DNA of 64,000 nucleotides from Candidatus Eiseniibacteriota bacterium (GTDB lineage Bacteria; Eisenbacteria; RBG-16-71-46): NCBI GenBank assembly GCA_044223005.1, contig JBGAML010000008.1, positions 111,962 to 175,961 of the forward strand, read 5' to 3'. Shown piece by piece: positions 28,457 to 39,792 of this stretch (position 1 is its first letter; each line of letters starts with the position of its first letter). The notes under the pieces were generated by a model. It saw only the letters and a program-made list of their open reading frames with translations, ran no database searches and was not told where the DNA came from. The position numbers and the translations under genes were made by a program.

Positions 28457-28888
28457 GTGAACGCATTCTCCGCGGATCGTCGACGCATGCTCCTGGCCGC
28501 ACTGGGCCTCGCGCCCGCGGCCGCGACGCTGGCCTCGGCCGGTTGCGCGGCACCCGCCCCGCAGGAGGCGCCCGCCGAGGGGCTGCGCGTGCCGCTCGCG
28601 AGCCTTCCCGCCGGCGTGCACGTGCGCATGACCATGGGCGACCGGCCGGTGGACCTGCTGCGCACCGACGCGGGCGTGATCGCGCGCTCGCTCTGGTGCA
28701 CGCACATGGGCTGCGAGGTGACGTGGGACGAGAGCGCGTCGCGCTATCGCTGCCCCTGCCACGGCGGCGAGTTCGACGCGCAGGGCGAGCCCGCCGGCGG
28801 ACCGCCGAAGACGGCGCTGCGGCGGCTGGTGACGCGCGTCGCCGGCGACGCCGTGGAGGTGCTGCCGCCCGCGGGGAGCACGTCATGA
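28457..28888 (+). CDS. Tat-exported Rieske [2Fe-2S] (lipo)protein
   Basis: RRRMLL twin-arginine; SAG-C; CTHMGC and CPCHGG boxes; GPP. Stop overlaps the next ATG (ATGA). Confidence 0.9.
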   Translation: MNAFSADRRRMLLAALGLAPAAATLASAGCAAPAPQEAPAEGLRVPLASLPAGVHVRMTMGDRPVDLLRTDAGVIARSLWCTHMGCEVTWDESASRYRCPCHGGEFDAQGEPAGGPPKTALRRLVTRVAGDAVEVLPPAGSTS

Positions 28889-30459
28889 GCGCGGCGCGCG
28901 GGCCCGGCGACCGGCCGGTGCTGCTCGTCACCGGTGCGTCCGGGTTCATGGGCCGGCACCTGCTCGAGGCGCTGAAGGACGAGTACCGCATCATCGGCAT
29001 CGCCCGCCGGTCGCAGGCGCGCAGCGGCGCGCCGGTGCACCCGAACATCCGCTGGTACCAGGCCGACATCGGCGACCGGCGCATGCTCGCGCACGTGTTC
29101 GAGGACATCGCCGCGCAGGGCGGCGCGGGTGTCTGCATCCACCTCGCGGCGCACTACGACTTCACCGGCGACGACCATCCCGAGTACGAGCGCACCAATA
29201 TCGAAGGCACGCGGAACGTGCTCGAGGCGTGCCGCGAGCTGGGCACGATCCGGCACTTCGTGTTCTCGAGCTCGGTTGCGGCGTGCCGGTTCCCGCCGCG
29301 GGGCAAGGCGCTGGACGAGACGAGTCCGCCGGACGGCGAGCACATCTACGCGCGGACCAAGCGCGAGGGCGAGCGCATGCTCGGCGAGTACGCGCACGCG
29401 TTCCATTCGGTGATCGTGCGCTTCGCCGCCGCGTTCTCGGACTGGTGCGAGTATCCGCCCTTCTTCATGTTCATCCAGACGTGGCTCGGCTCGGCGTGGA
29501 ACCGCCGCATGCTCGGCGGCCGCGGCGAGTCGGCGATTCCGTACGTGCACGTGCACGAGATCCCGCCGTTCTTCCGCGCGCTGCTCCATCGCATCCACGA
29601 ACTGCCGCAGGGGCAGGTGCTGATCGCGGGCGCGGACCGCGCCGTGAACCACGACGAGCTCTTCGCGTCGGTGATCGAGCACTTCCACGGCCGCAGGGAC
29701 CGGCCGATCCACATGCCGAAGGCGCTGTGCGGCCCTGGTATGCAGGTCATGGACCTCGTCGGGCGCCTGCTGGGCGAGCGCCCGTTCGAGCGGCCGTGGA
29801 TGGCGACCTACATCGACGAGGTGCTGGCGATCGATTCCACCGTGACGCGGCGGCTCCTGCACTGGGGCACGCGCCCGCGTCTCGAGATCCTGCGGCGCAT
29901 GCCGTTCCTGATGGAGAACCTCAAGGTGGATCCGCTCGAGTGGCAGCGCCGCAACCGCGCCGCCATGAAGCATGTGCGCGTGCGCAGCAACCTGCGCATC
30001 CACCAGCTGCTCGAGGCGCACGAGCAGGAGATCGCGGACACCTACCACGCCCGGCTGCACGCGCCCGAGAACGCGGCGCGGTTCCCCAACTACCAGCGCA
30101 TCTCCGACGAGCAGAGCGCGTGGAACCACCGCATGGTGCTGCTCAACCTCATGAACGCGGTGCGCACGCGCGAGCGCGCGGTGTTCATGGGCTACTGCCG
30201 CGACATCGCCGAGGCGCGCTTCGCGCAGGGATTCAGCGCCGACGAGGTCTGCACGGCGCTCGAAGTGCTGAACGACATCTGCACCCGCACGATCCTCGAG
30301 GACCCGGAGTCGGACGGGCTGCAGGACCGGATCTTCGAGCACCTCACCATGACCATGCGCATCGGCGAGGACCAGGTCCAGGAGGTGTTCGAAGACCTCG
30401 AGGCAGCCGGGGTGCGGCGCCGGGAAGACGAGGCGGCGGGCTCGGCGCGCGCGGAGTGA
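28885..30459 (+). CDS. Extended-SDR NAD-dependent epimerase/dehydratase fused to a C-terminal helical RsbRD-N/globin-like domain (524 aa)
   Basis: TGASGFMG, HLAA, FSSS, YARTK; C-terminal ~150 aa includes DIAEARFAQGFSADEVCTAL. Confidence 0.8.
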   Translation: MSAARGPGDRPVLLVTGASGFMGRHLLEALKDEYRIIGIARRSQARSGAPVHPNIRWYQADIGDRRMLAHVFEDIAAQGGAGVCIHLAAHYDFTGDDHPEYERTNIEGTRNVLEACRELGTIRHFVFSSSVAACRFPPRGKALDETSPPDGEHIYARTKREGERMLGEYAHAFHSVIVRFAAAFSDWCEYPPFFMFIQTWLGSAWNRRMLGGRGESAIPYVHVHEIPPFFRALLHRIHELPQGQVLIAGADRAVNHDELFASVIEHFHGRRDRPIHMPKALCGPGMQVMDLVGRLLGERPFERPWMATYIDEVLAIDSTVTRRLLHWGTRPRLEILRRMPFLMENLKVDPLEWQRRNRAAMKHVRVRSNLRIHQLLEAHEQEIADTYHARLHAPENAARFPNYQRISDEQSAWNHRMVLLNLMNAVRTRERAVFMGYCRDIAEARFAQGFSADEVCTALEVLNDICTRTILEDPESDGLQDRIFEHLTMTMRIGEDQVQEVFEDLEAAGVRRREDEAAGSARAE

Positions 30460-30460
30460 G

Positions 30461-30859
30461 TCAGCGCGCGCGTGCCAGCCGGTGCATCCACGCCACGGCC
30501 AGCGCCATCACGGCGTCGCCCGCGAGCGACACCGGCACGATCCACGGCAGCGGCCCGAGCAGCATCTGCACCGCGAGGAAGGCGACCGCGATCGACTTGG
30601 CGGTGACGAGGATCGTCACGCCTCGGTAGCGCTCCCATTCGATCGCGTAGGCGATCGCGACGACGACGTGGAACACGCCGACCTGCCGCGGAAAGAAGAG
30701 CGGCGTGGCCGCCCCGAAGCCCGAGAACCGCACGCCCCACTCGGGCGCGATCACCGCGGCGAGGCCGAGCACGGCACTGTGCAGCACGACCAGCGCGACG
30801 AGCAGCGATTCGGCCGCGCGCCAGCGGCGCTCGGTCCGCGCGGAGCGCGCCGCGGTCAC
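30461..30859 (-). CDS. Small 4-TM membrane protein, last gene of the hydrogenase operon (132 aa)
   Basis: GTG at 30859 overlaps the hybD stop (GTGA); four hydrophobic helices with His in LHSAVLG and GVFHVV. Confidence 0.75.
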   Translation of the reverse strand: MTAARSARTERRWRAAESLLVALVVLHSAVLGLAAVIAPEWGVRFSGFGAATPLFFPRQVGVFHVVVAIAYAIEWERYRGVTILVTAKSIAVAFLAVQMLLGPLPWIVPVSLAGDAVMALAVAWMHRLARAR

Positions 30860-31422
30860 GGCTCGCGCTCCCACCACAGGTCGGGCTCCGCCGGCACCGT
30901 CCGCTCGATGGCCGCCAGTCCGGCGGCCGACAGCTCCGCGAGCACCGCGTCGACGACCTGCGGCACCGCCGCGAGCACGGGCTCTCGCAGCCCGGTGCGC
31001 ATCTCGGTGTCCACGGGCACCACGCCCACCAGCAGCACCTCGCGCGGCGCCTGCCCGGCGAACTCCAGCGTGAGCAGCGTCTCCTTGAGGCCGGGATCGT
31101 GCGGGCTCACGCGCTGCGGCGGCGGTTTCCGCAGGATCTCGTCCTTGCGGTAGCGCTTCACCGTGCCGGGAGGGGACGTCGAGGTCACGCTGTCGACGAT
31201 CACCAGGTGCTCGATGCCCGCGACGTGCGGCGTGAGGTCGAGCCCGGGCGTGCCGAGGTCCTGCACGACCACGCCCGGCGGAAACTCCCAGCGGGCCTGC
31301 AGCAGGCGGATCACGTAGGGCCCGAGCGCGTCGTCGCCCATGAGCACGTTGCCGAGCCCCAGGATGGCGATGCGGGGCGCCGGCTGCTGCCCCGGCGCCC
31401 CGCTCGCATGTTCCCGCGTCAC
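30856..31422 (-). CDS. hybD: [NiFe]-hydrogenase maturation protease
   Basis: ILGLGNVLMGDDALG, DLGTPG, IVDS, SPHDPGL; immediately follows the large subunit. Confidence 0.9.
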   Translation of the reverse strand: MTREHASGAPGQQPAPRIAILGLGNVLMGDDALGPYVIRLLQARWEFPPGVVVQDLGTPGLDLTPHVAGIEHLVIVDSVTSTSPPGTVKRYRKDEILRKPPPQRVSPHDPGLKETLLTLEFAGQAPREVLLVGVVPVDTEMRTGLREPVLAAVPQVVDAVLAELSAAGLAAIERTVPAEPDLWWEREP

Positions 31423-31423
31423 G

Positions 31424-33136
31424 TCAGCAGCCGCCTTCCCGCGTCCGCACCGTGGCGATGGGGTTGCCCTCGACGTCCGTCGTGTGGATCGCGCACGCGA
31501 GGCACGGATCGAACGAGTGCACGGTGCGCAGCACCTCGAGCGGACGCTGCGGATCGGCGACCGGGTTGCCCATCAGCGAGGCTTCGTACGGCCCCGGGCG
31601 TCCCTGTTCGTCGCGCGGTCCCGCGTTCCAGGTCGTGGGTACGACCGCCTGGTAGTTGGCGATCTTGCCGCCCTTGATCACGGTCCAGTGCGACAGCGTG
31701 CCGCGCGGCGCCTCGTGGAACCCGAAGCCACGGATCTCGCCCGTGGGGAACTTGGGCTCGTTGAACGTCGCCACGTCGCCCTTGCCGATGTTCTCGACGA
31801 GGTGGTTCCAGTGCTTGTCCGCCATCTCGCACAGCATCGCGGTGCGGATCGCGCGGGCGAGATGCCGCCCGAGCGTCGAGTGCAGCACGGCGGGCGTCAG
31901 CTTCGTCTTCGCGACGGCACCGGCGGTGTCGAGCGCCTTGTTCGCCCAGCGCGTCGTGGGTTCGTGCCCCGTCGCGACGCCCACCAGCACCTGCGCGAGC
32001 GGGCCGACCTGCATGACCTTGTCCTGGAAGCGCGGCGACTTCACCCACGAGTACTTCCCGTCGGCCTGGAAGTCGGTGTAGTGCGGCTTGGTCTCGCCCT
32101 CGAACGGGTGCAGCTGCTTCGCGCCCTCGTACCACGAGTGCGCGGTGCCCTCGGTGACGCTGTCGCGGAAGTACGGATCGTCGAAGCTCGTGATGGGCTT
32201 CGCGCCCGCGAGGTGGCCGTCGAAGATCGTGCCGCCGGGCAGGTCGAACGCCGTGCCCTTGGTGTCGAGCGGCAGGTCCGGCACGGCGAGGTAGTTCTTC
32301 ACGCCCGCGCCGTACGGCAGCCAGTCGGCGTACAGCGCGCCGATCGCGCACACGTCCGGCAGGTAGACCTGCTCGATGAAGTCCTTCATCTGGTCGAGCA
32401 GGTCCTTCACCTGGTAGAGCTTCGCCATGTTGAGCGTGGACTGGTTGTCGAGGTTGATCGAGTTCGACACGCCGCCCACGGCGAGGTTCTGGATGTTGGG
32501 CGTCTTGCCGCCCAGGATCGCCACGACCTGGTTCGCGCGCCGCTGGTAGTCGAGCGCCTGCAGGTAGTGCGACACGGCGAGCAGGTTCACCTCGGGCGGC
32601 AGCTTCATCGCCGGGTGGCCCCAGTAGCCGTTCGTGAAGATGCCCAGCTGGCCGCCGTCGACGAACGACTGAAGCTTCTCCTTCACGCCCTTGAGCTCGA
32701 CGCGGCCGTTGCGCGGCCACGGCGACAGGCTCTCCGCCAGTGCAGACGCCTTGGCGGGATCGGCCTTGAGCGCCGAGACCACGTCGACCCAGTCGAGCGC
32801 CGACAGGTGGTAGAAGTGCACGATGTGGTCGTGCAGCGCGTGCGCGATGACGATCAGGTTGCGGATGTACTGCGCGTTGAGCGGCACCTCGAGCTGCAGC
32901 GCGTTCTCGACGGCGCGCACCGAGGCCATGGCGTGCACGGTCGTGCACACGCCGCAGAAGCGCTGCGTGAAGATCCACGCCTCGCGCGGGTCGCGGCCGA
33001 GCAGGATCAGCTCGATGCCGCGCCACATCTGGCCCGAGGCCCAGGCGTTCTTCACATGGCCGCCGTCGACCGAGACGTCGACGCGCAGGTGGCCCTCGAT
33101 CCGGGTGACGGGGTCGATCGTGATGGTCGGGCTCAT
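31424..33136 (-). CDS. hybC: [NiFe]-hydrogenase large subunit, Hyd-2 type (group 1c-like, 570 aa)
   Basis: IDPVTRIEGH, L1 QRFCGVCTTVH, HFYHLSALDW, EAPRG, L2 SFDPCLACAIH plus a cleavable C-terminal tail. Confidence 0.95.
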   Translation of the reverse strand: MSPTITIDPVTRIEGHLRVDVSVDGGHVKNAWASGQMWRGIELILLGRDPREAWIFTQRFCGVCTTVHAMASVRAVENALQLEVPLNAQYIRNLIVIAHALHDHIVHFYHLSALDWVDVVSALKADPAKASALAESLSPWPRNGRVELKGVKEKLQSFVDGGQLGIFTNGYWGHPAMKLPPEVNLLAVSHYLQALDYQRRANQVVAILGGKTPNIQNLAVGGVSNSINLDNQSTLNMAKLYQVKDLLDQMKDFIEQVYLPDVCAIGALYADWLPYGAGVKNYLAVPDLPLDTKGTAFDLPGGTIFDGHLAGAKPITSFDDPYFRDSVTEGTAHSWYEGAKQLHPFEGETKPHYTDFQADGKYSWVKSPRFQDKVMQVGPLAQVLVGVATGHEPTTRWANKALDTAGAVAKTKLTPAVLHSTLGRHLARAIRTAMLCEMADKHWNHLVENIGKGDVATFNEPKFPTGEIRGFGFHEAPRGTLSHWTVIKGGKIANYQAVVPTTWNAGPRDEQGRPGPYEASLMGNPVADPQRPLEVLRTVHSFDPCLACAIHTTDVEGNPIATVRTREGGC

Positions 33137-34323
33137 GCGTGGCTCCTCGCCGGCGTCGCGGGGACGCCGCTCAGGATCGGGAAGCGCTTGACGGCCGCGA
33201 TGTAGAGCGCGACCTCGAGCGCGATGATGCCGAAGGTGATCAGCAGTTCGGGCACCGCGGGGAAGTACGCCCAGCGGGTGCCGGGCTGGAAGGCGACGAG
33301 GTACGTGTCGACGCGGAACAGCGCGCCGCCCAGCACCAGCAGCAGCGCCGAGCGCACCTGCCAGACCGGGTTCCGCCGCCGCGCGTCGGACATCAGGATC
33401 GCCGCGCCGGCGAGCGGGAGGAGCAGTTCGCCGAGGAAGAACAGCCCCCGGCCCGAGAACGCCAGCGGCAGCTTGCCCGCGATCACCGCGTCGCCGAGCC
33501 GGAACACGACCCAGAAGAGCGCCACGTTCCTCGCCACGCGGCCGATCGCCGCGACCATGTCCTCGTCGTGGTGCACGCCGAACGCGCGCGCCGAGAACGC
33601 CGATTCGATCACGACGATGGAGTAGCCCAGCGTGATGCAGTTGACGAGGAACAGGAACGGCAGCCACGGCGTGAACCACAGCGGATGCATGCGCGGCCCG
33701 GGCAGCAGCATCATGGTGCCGAGCGAGGACTGGTGCATGGTCGGCAGCAGCAGGCCGAGCGCCAGGATCCACACGCCGCCGGTGTCGAGCAGCTTCAGCA
33801 GCCGCGTCGAGGTGTTCGCGAGGGACGCGTTCGGGCTCTTCGCCCACTTCTCGAGGAACGCCGGCGCCAGCTCGGCCACGAGCACGAAGTTGTAGAGCAT
33901 CACGCAGAGCGCGACTTCGAGCTGCGGCGAGTGCGACCAGCGCCAGAAGAAGATCGGAACCTTCCACAGGTCCCAGAACCGCCCGAGGTCGCAGGCCACC
34001 GCGAGCACGGCGAGGCCGTAGCCGAGCAGGCTGGTGAGCACGGCCGGCCGCACCAGCGGATGGTAGCGGCCCTTGTTGAGGATGTAGACGAGCAGCGCCA
34101 CGGCGTAGCCGCCGCAGCCGAGCGCGGTGCCGACGACGACGTCGATGGCGATCCAGACGCCCCACGGGTAGCCGTCGTTGAGTGCGGCGACGCTGCCGAT
34201 GCCGTTGGCGAAGCGGTAGAGGAGCGTGAGCAGGCCGACGGCGGCGATCGCGAGCAGCACCCGGAACGCCGGCGTCATCAGCGGGCCGCCCACCTCGCGG
34301 TGGGTGAGGGCGTGCGTGGTCAC
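33133..34323 (-). CDS. hybB: Hydrogenase-2 NrfD-like membrane subunit
   Basis: LNDGYPWGVWI, DLGRFW, LPTMHQSSLG, multiple TMs; GTG overlaps the hybA stop. Confidence 0.9.
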   Translation of the reverse strand: MTTHALTHREVGGPLMTPAFRVLLAIAAVGLLTLLYRFANGIGSVAALNDGYPWGVWIAIDVVVGTALGCGGYAVALLVYILNKGRYHPLVRPAVLTSLLGYGLAVLAVACDLGRFWDLWKVPIFFWRWSHSPQLEVALCVMLYNFVLVAELAPAFLEKWAKSPNASLANTSTRLLKLLDTGGVWILALGLLLPTMHQSSLGTMMLLPGPRMHPLWFTPWLPFLFLVNCITLGYSIVVIESAFSARAFGVHHDEDMVAAIGRVARNVALFWVVFRLGDAVIAGKLPLAFSGRGLFFLGELLLPLAGAAILMSDARRRNPVWQVRSALLLVLGGALFRVDTYLVAFQPGTRWAYFPAVPELLITFGIIALEVALYIAAVKRFPILSGVPATPARSHA

Positions 34324-35267
34324 GAGCGGCCTCCCTTCGCGGCGTCGCCGGATTCGGCCGACTTGCGGTTCTTCATCACCACGGTCGCGAGCGCGCCGTA
34401 GAGCACGATCGGCGCGATGAAGCCGCGGTAGATGCCCTCCTGCACCGTGTACGCCACGTCGGGTGCCGGCCGGTCGCCGAACTCGGGCAGGCCGAGCTTC
34501 GCGAACGGCACGTGCGAGAGGTAGAGCACCTGCGTTCCGCCCAGTTCCTTCTCGCCGTAGACGCGGTCCTGATAGTACTTGTGCGGGTTCTCCGCGATGC
34601 GGCGATGCGCCTCGGCGAGCAGCTCCTCGCGGCTGCCGTAGATCACCGCCTGGCGCGGGCAGACCTCGCAGCAGGCCGGCCCCTCGCCCTTCGGGAAGCG
34701 CGTGAAGCCGTCCCCGTCGGCGTTCGCGACCGTCTCGTGACGGACGCGGTGGCGGCAGAGCTCGCACTTCACGATCTTGGGCAGCACCTTGTCGAACTCG
34801 AACTTCGGCACGTTGAACGGGCACGCCATCTGGCAGTAGCGGCAGCCCACGCACCACCGCGGGTCGTACTCGACCACGCCGGTCGTCGCGTTCTTGTGCA
34901 GCGAGTGCAGCATGCAGGCGCTGGCGCAGCCGGGATCGATGCAGTGCATGCACTGCGCCTTGAAGAACGACTGCTGCTCGCCGTCCTTGTAGAGTTTGAT
35001 GACGTTCTTGGTGTGGCCGTTCAGGTCCACGGGCGCCTGGTAGAGGTTGCCCGGGATGCCGCTGCGGTCGGCTTCGAGGTCGTTGGCCTCGCGGCAAGCC
35101 GCGACGCAGGCCTTGCAGCCGATGCACAGCGTGGTGTCGTAGAGCATGCCGATCGCGTGCGCGGGCGCGGTCTTCCGCTCGCGAGCGACGGCGGGCAGCG
35201 CGGAGGCGGCGGTGGAGGCCGCCGCGGCCGCGAGCACCTTGAGGACGGAGCGGCGCGTGACCTTCAT
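34320..35267 (-). CDS. hybA: Hydrogenase-2 Tat-exported 4x[4Fe-4S] ferredoxin subunit
   Basis: TRRSVLK; CIGCKAC, CMHCIDPGCASAC, CVGCRYCQMACP, KCELC...PACCEVCP; GGTQVLYL. Confidence 0.95.
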   Translation of the reverse strand: MKVTRRSVLKVLAAAAASTAASALPAVARERKTAPAHAIGMLYDTTLCIGCKACVAACREANDLEADRSGIPGNLYQAPVDLNGHTKNVIKLYKDGEQQSFFKAQCMHCIDPGCASACMLHSLHKNATTGVVEYDPRWCVGCRYCQMACPFNVPKFEFDKVLPKIVKCELCRHRVRHETVANADGDGFTRFPKGEGPACCEVCPRQAVIYGSREELLAEAHRRIAENPHKYYQDRVYGEKELGGTQVLYLSHVPFAKLGLPEFGDRPAPDVAYTVQEGIYRGFIAPIVLYGALATVVMKNRKSAESGDAAKGGRS

Positions 35268-35270
35268 CGC

Positions 35271-36389
35271 CTAGCCCTCCTTCTTCGTCTCGTTCGGCTT
35301 GTCGCCCAGCTTGCCCGACGCGACCCAGCCGGCGCCCAGCAGCGCGCCGCCCACGACGCCCGCGACGCCCGTCGCGACCGGGCTCACGTGGCCCTGCTTC
35401 GCGCCGACGGCGGGGTAGGTGTCCGGAGGCGTCGGCCGGTCGATCGGCGTGGTCTGGTGGAGCGGCACGCGGAAGCCGACTTCCTTCTCGGTGCAGCCGA
35501 AGCACGGGTGACCGACGCCGATCGGCCACGCGTCGACGTCGCCGAAGCGGATCGTCGAGCAGCTCGCGTGCGTCGCGGGACCCTTGCAGCCGAGCTTGTA
35601 GAGGCAGTAGCCGAGCCGGTGGTTCTCGTCGCCGAACTTCTCCGCGAAGCGGCCGGCGTCGAAGTGCGGGCGGCGCGGGCAGTCCTCGTGGATCGTGCGC
35701 GCGTACCCGAACAGCGGGCGGCCCTTGGCGTCGAGCGCGGGCAGCGTCCCGAGCGTCACGAACTGCAGCACGGTGCCGAGGAAGAGGTACGGGTTCGCGG
35801 GGCAGCCCGGCAGCGTCACGACCTTCTTGTCGGTCAGCACCATCGGCGCGCCGGTGGCGCCGGTCGGGTTGGGCGCGGCCGAGGGCACGCCGCCCCACGA
35901 CGCGCATGAGCCGATCGCGATCACCGCGGCGGCGTCCTTCGCGACGGTCGTCGCGAGCTCCATGGCGGTCCGGTTGCCGATCTTGCAGTAGATCCCGCCG
36001 TCCTTGGTGGGAATCGCGCCCTCGATCACGAGCACGTACTTGCCGGCGTTCGCCTTCATCGCCGACTCGAGCGCGGCCTCGGCCTGGTGGCCGGCGGCGG
36101 CGAACAGCGTCTCGTGGTAGTCGAGCGAGACGAGATCGAGGATCAGGTCCGCGATCTCGGGATGGTGCGTGCGGAGCAGCGACTCGGTGCAGCCCGTGCA
36201 CTCCTGGAAGTGCAGCCAGATCACCGAGGGCTTCAGGCCCTTGCTCGCGGCCTGCACGATGCGGGGCACCACGCTGCCGGAGAGCCCGACCGCCGCGGCG
36301 GCCATCGTGACGATCTTGAGGAAGTCGCGTCGGTGAAGCGTCTTCGGTCCGCGAGTCCCGCGTCCGCGCGTGACGACGTCGTCGGTCAT
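35271..36389 (-). CDS. hybO: [NiFe]-hydrogenase small subunit (372 aa)
   Basis: RBS GGAGG; RRDFLK Tat motif; ECTGCTES, GSCASWGG, PGCP, HEDCPRR, CLYKLGCKGP, HPCFGC; C-terminal TM. Confidence 0.95.
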   Translation of the reverse strand: MTDDVVTRGRGTRGPKTLHRRDFLKIVTMAAAAVGLSGSVVPRIVQAASKGLKPSVIWLHFQECTGCTESLLRTHHPEIADLILDLVSLDYHETLFAAAGHQAEAALESAMKANAGKYVLVIEGAIPTKDGGIYCKIGNRTAMELATTVAKDAAAVIAIGSCASWGGVPSAAPNPTGATGAPMVLTDKKVVTLPGCPANPYLFLGTVLQFVTLGTLPALDAKGRPLFGYARTIHEDCPRRPHFDAGRFAEKFGDENHRLGYCLYKLGCKGPATHASCSTIRFGDVDAWPIGVGHPCFGCTEKEVGFRVPLHQTTPIDRPTPPDTYPAVGAKQGHVSPVATGVAGVVGGALLGAGWVASGKLGDKPNETKKEG

Positions 36390-36510
36390 GGTGCTGCCTC
36401 CATGTCCCCGCGATCGTTCCCAACCCGCGAACGCGGATGGTGCTGCTTCGCCGCATGCACGCACGGACGCTTCGAGTGCGTCGATCCGCAGCCGGATCGT
36501 TCGCGCGCAC

Positions 36511-36548
36511 TTTTGGTTGACTGAGTTGTCACGATGACAGTGAGTTGT
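36511..36548. promoter_or_regulatory. AT-rich operator-like island in the hybO/gcvP divergent region
   Basis: TGAC-N6-GTCA (36518-36531) overlapping TGTCA-CGA-TGACA (36527-36539); direct repeat TGAGTTGT at 36522 and 36541. Confidence 0.5.
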
Positions 36549-36839
36549 GGCGTGCGATATGGGCCAAAGGGCGCAGCGTGGCCCGGGACCCGCTGCCCCG
36601 GATTGCCGGAAGCTCGCCGCGAGGGCCGGCTTTTCCCGGCTGTCCTGCCGCCGCCGAACGGGTCCGAGGACGGCGCACGGGGCACGGTGTCGCACGCGAC
36701 CGGCGGAAACGGGGCGATCGCGAGGGGGCTGGGGCCGCTTCCGCGTGCCGCCCGGCGCCTGCTAGTGTTCCGGCGCCGCATTCGAACTCATGGCCCCGCC
36801 GTGCAGCAGGCGCTTCCGCCCCATGACAGGAGCACTTCC

Positions 36840-39710
<2,871 letters not shown>

Positions 39711-39734
39711 CGATCCCGCGACGCGTCACGACAC

Positions 39735-39764
39735 CGGCCCGCCGCGAGCGATCGCGGCGGGCCG
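39735..39764. terminator. 13-bp hairpin with GCGA tetraloop between convergent gcvP and GH44
   Basis: CGGCCCGCCGCGA-GCGA-TCGCGGCGGGCCG. Confidence 0.6.
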
Positions 39765-39792
39765 TGCGCGTTTCGGGGAGGACGCCGCTCTG

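Noticed and set aside
31424..36389. NiFeSe or O2-tolerant hydrogenase
   Set aside because: L2 is DPCLAC with no in-frame TGA, and the small subunit has ECTGC without the extra Cys.
31424..36510. Apparent giant N-terminal extensions on the hydrogenase large subunit (913 aa) and HybB (1125 aa)
   Set aside because: Upstream in-frame readthrough overlapping other genes; true starts with stop/start coupling are at 33136 and 34323.
36550..36839. Glycine riboswitch upstream of gcvP
   Set aside because: The GGAGA / CCGAAG / CTCTCAGG aptamer motifs were not found by eye; a covariance-model search would settle it.
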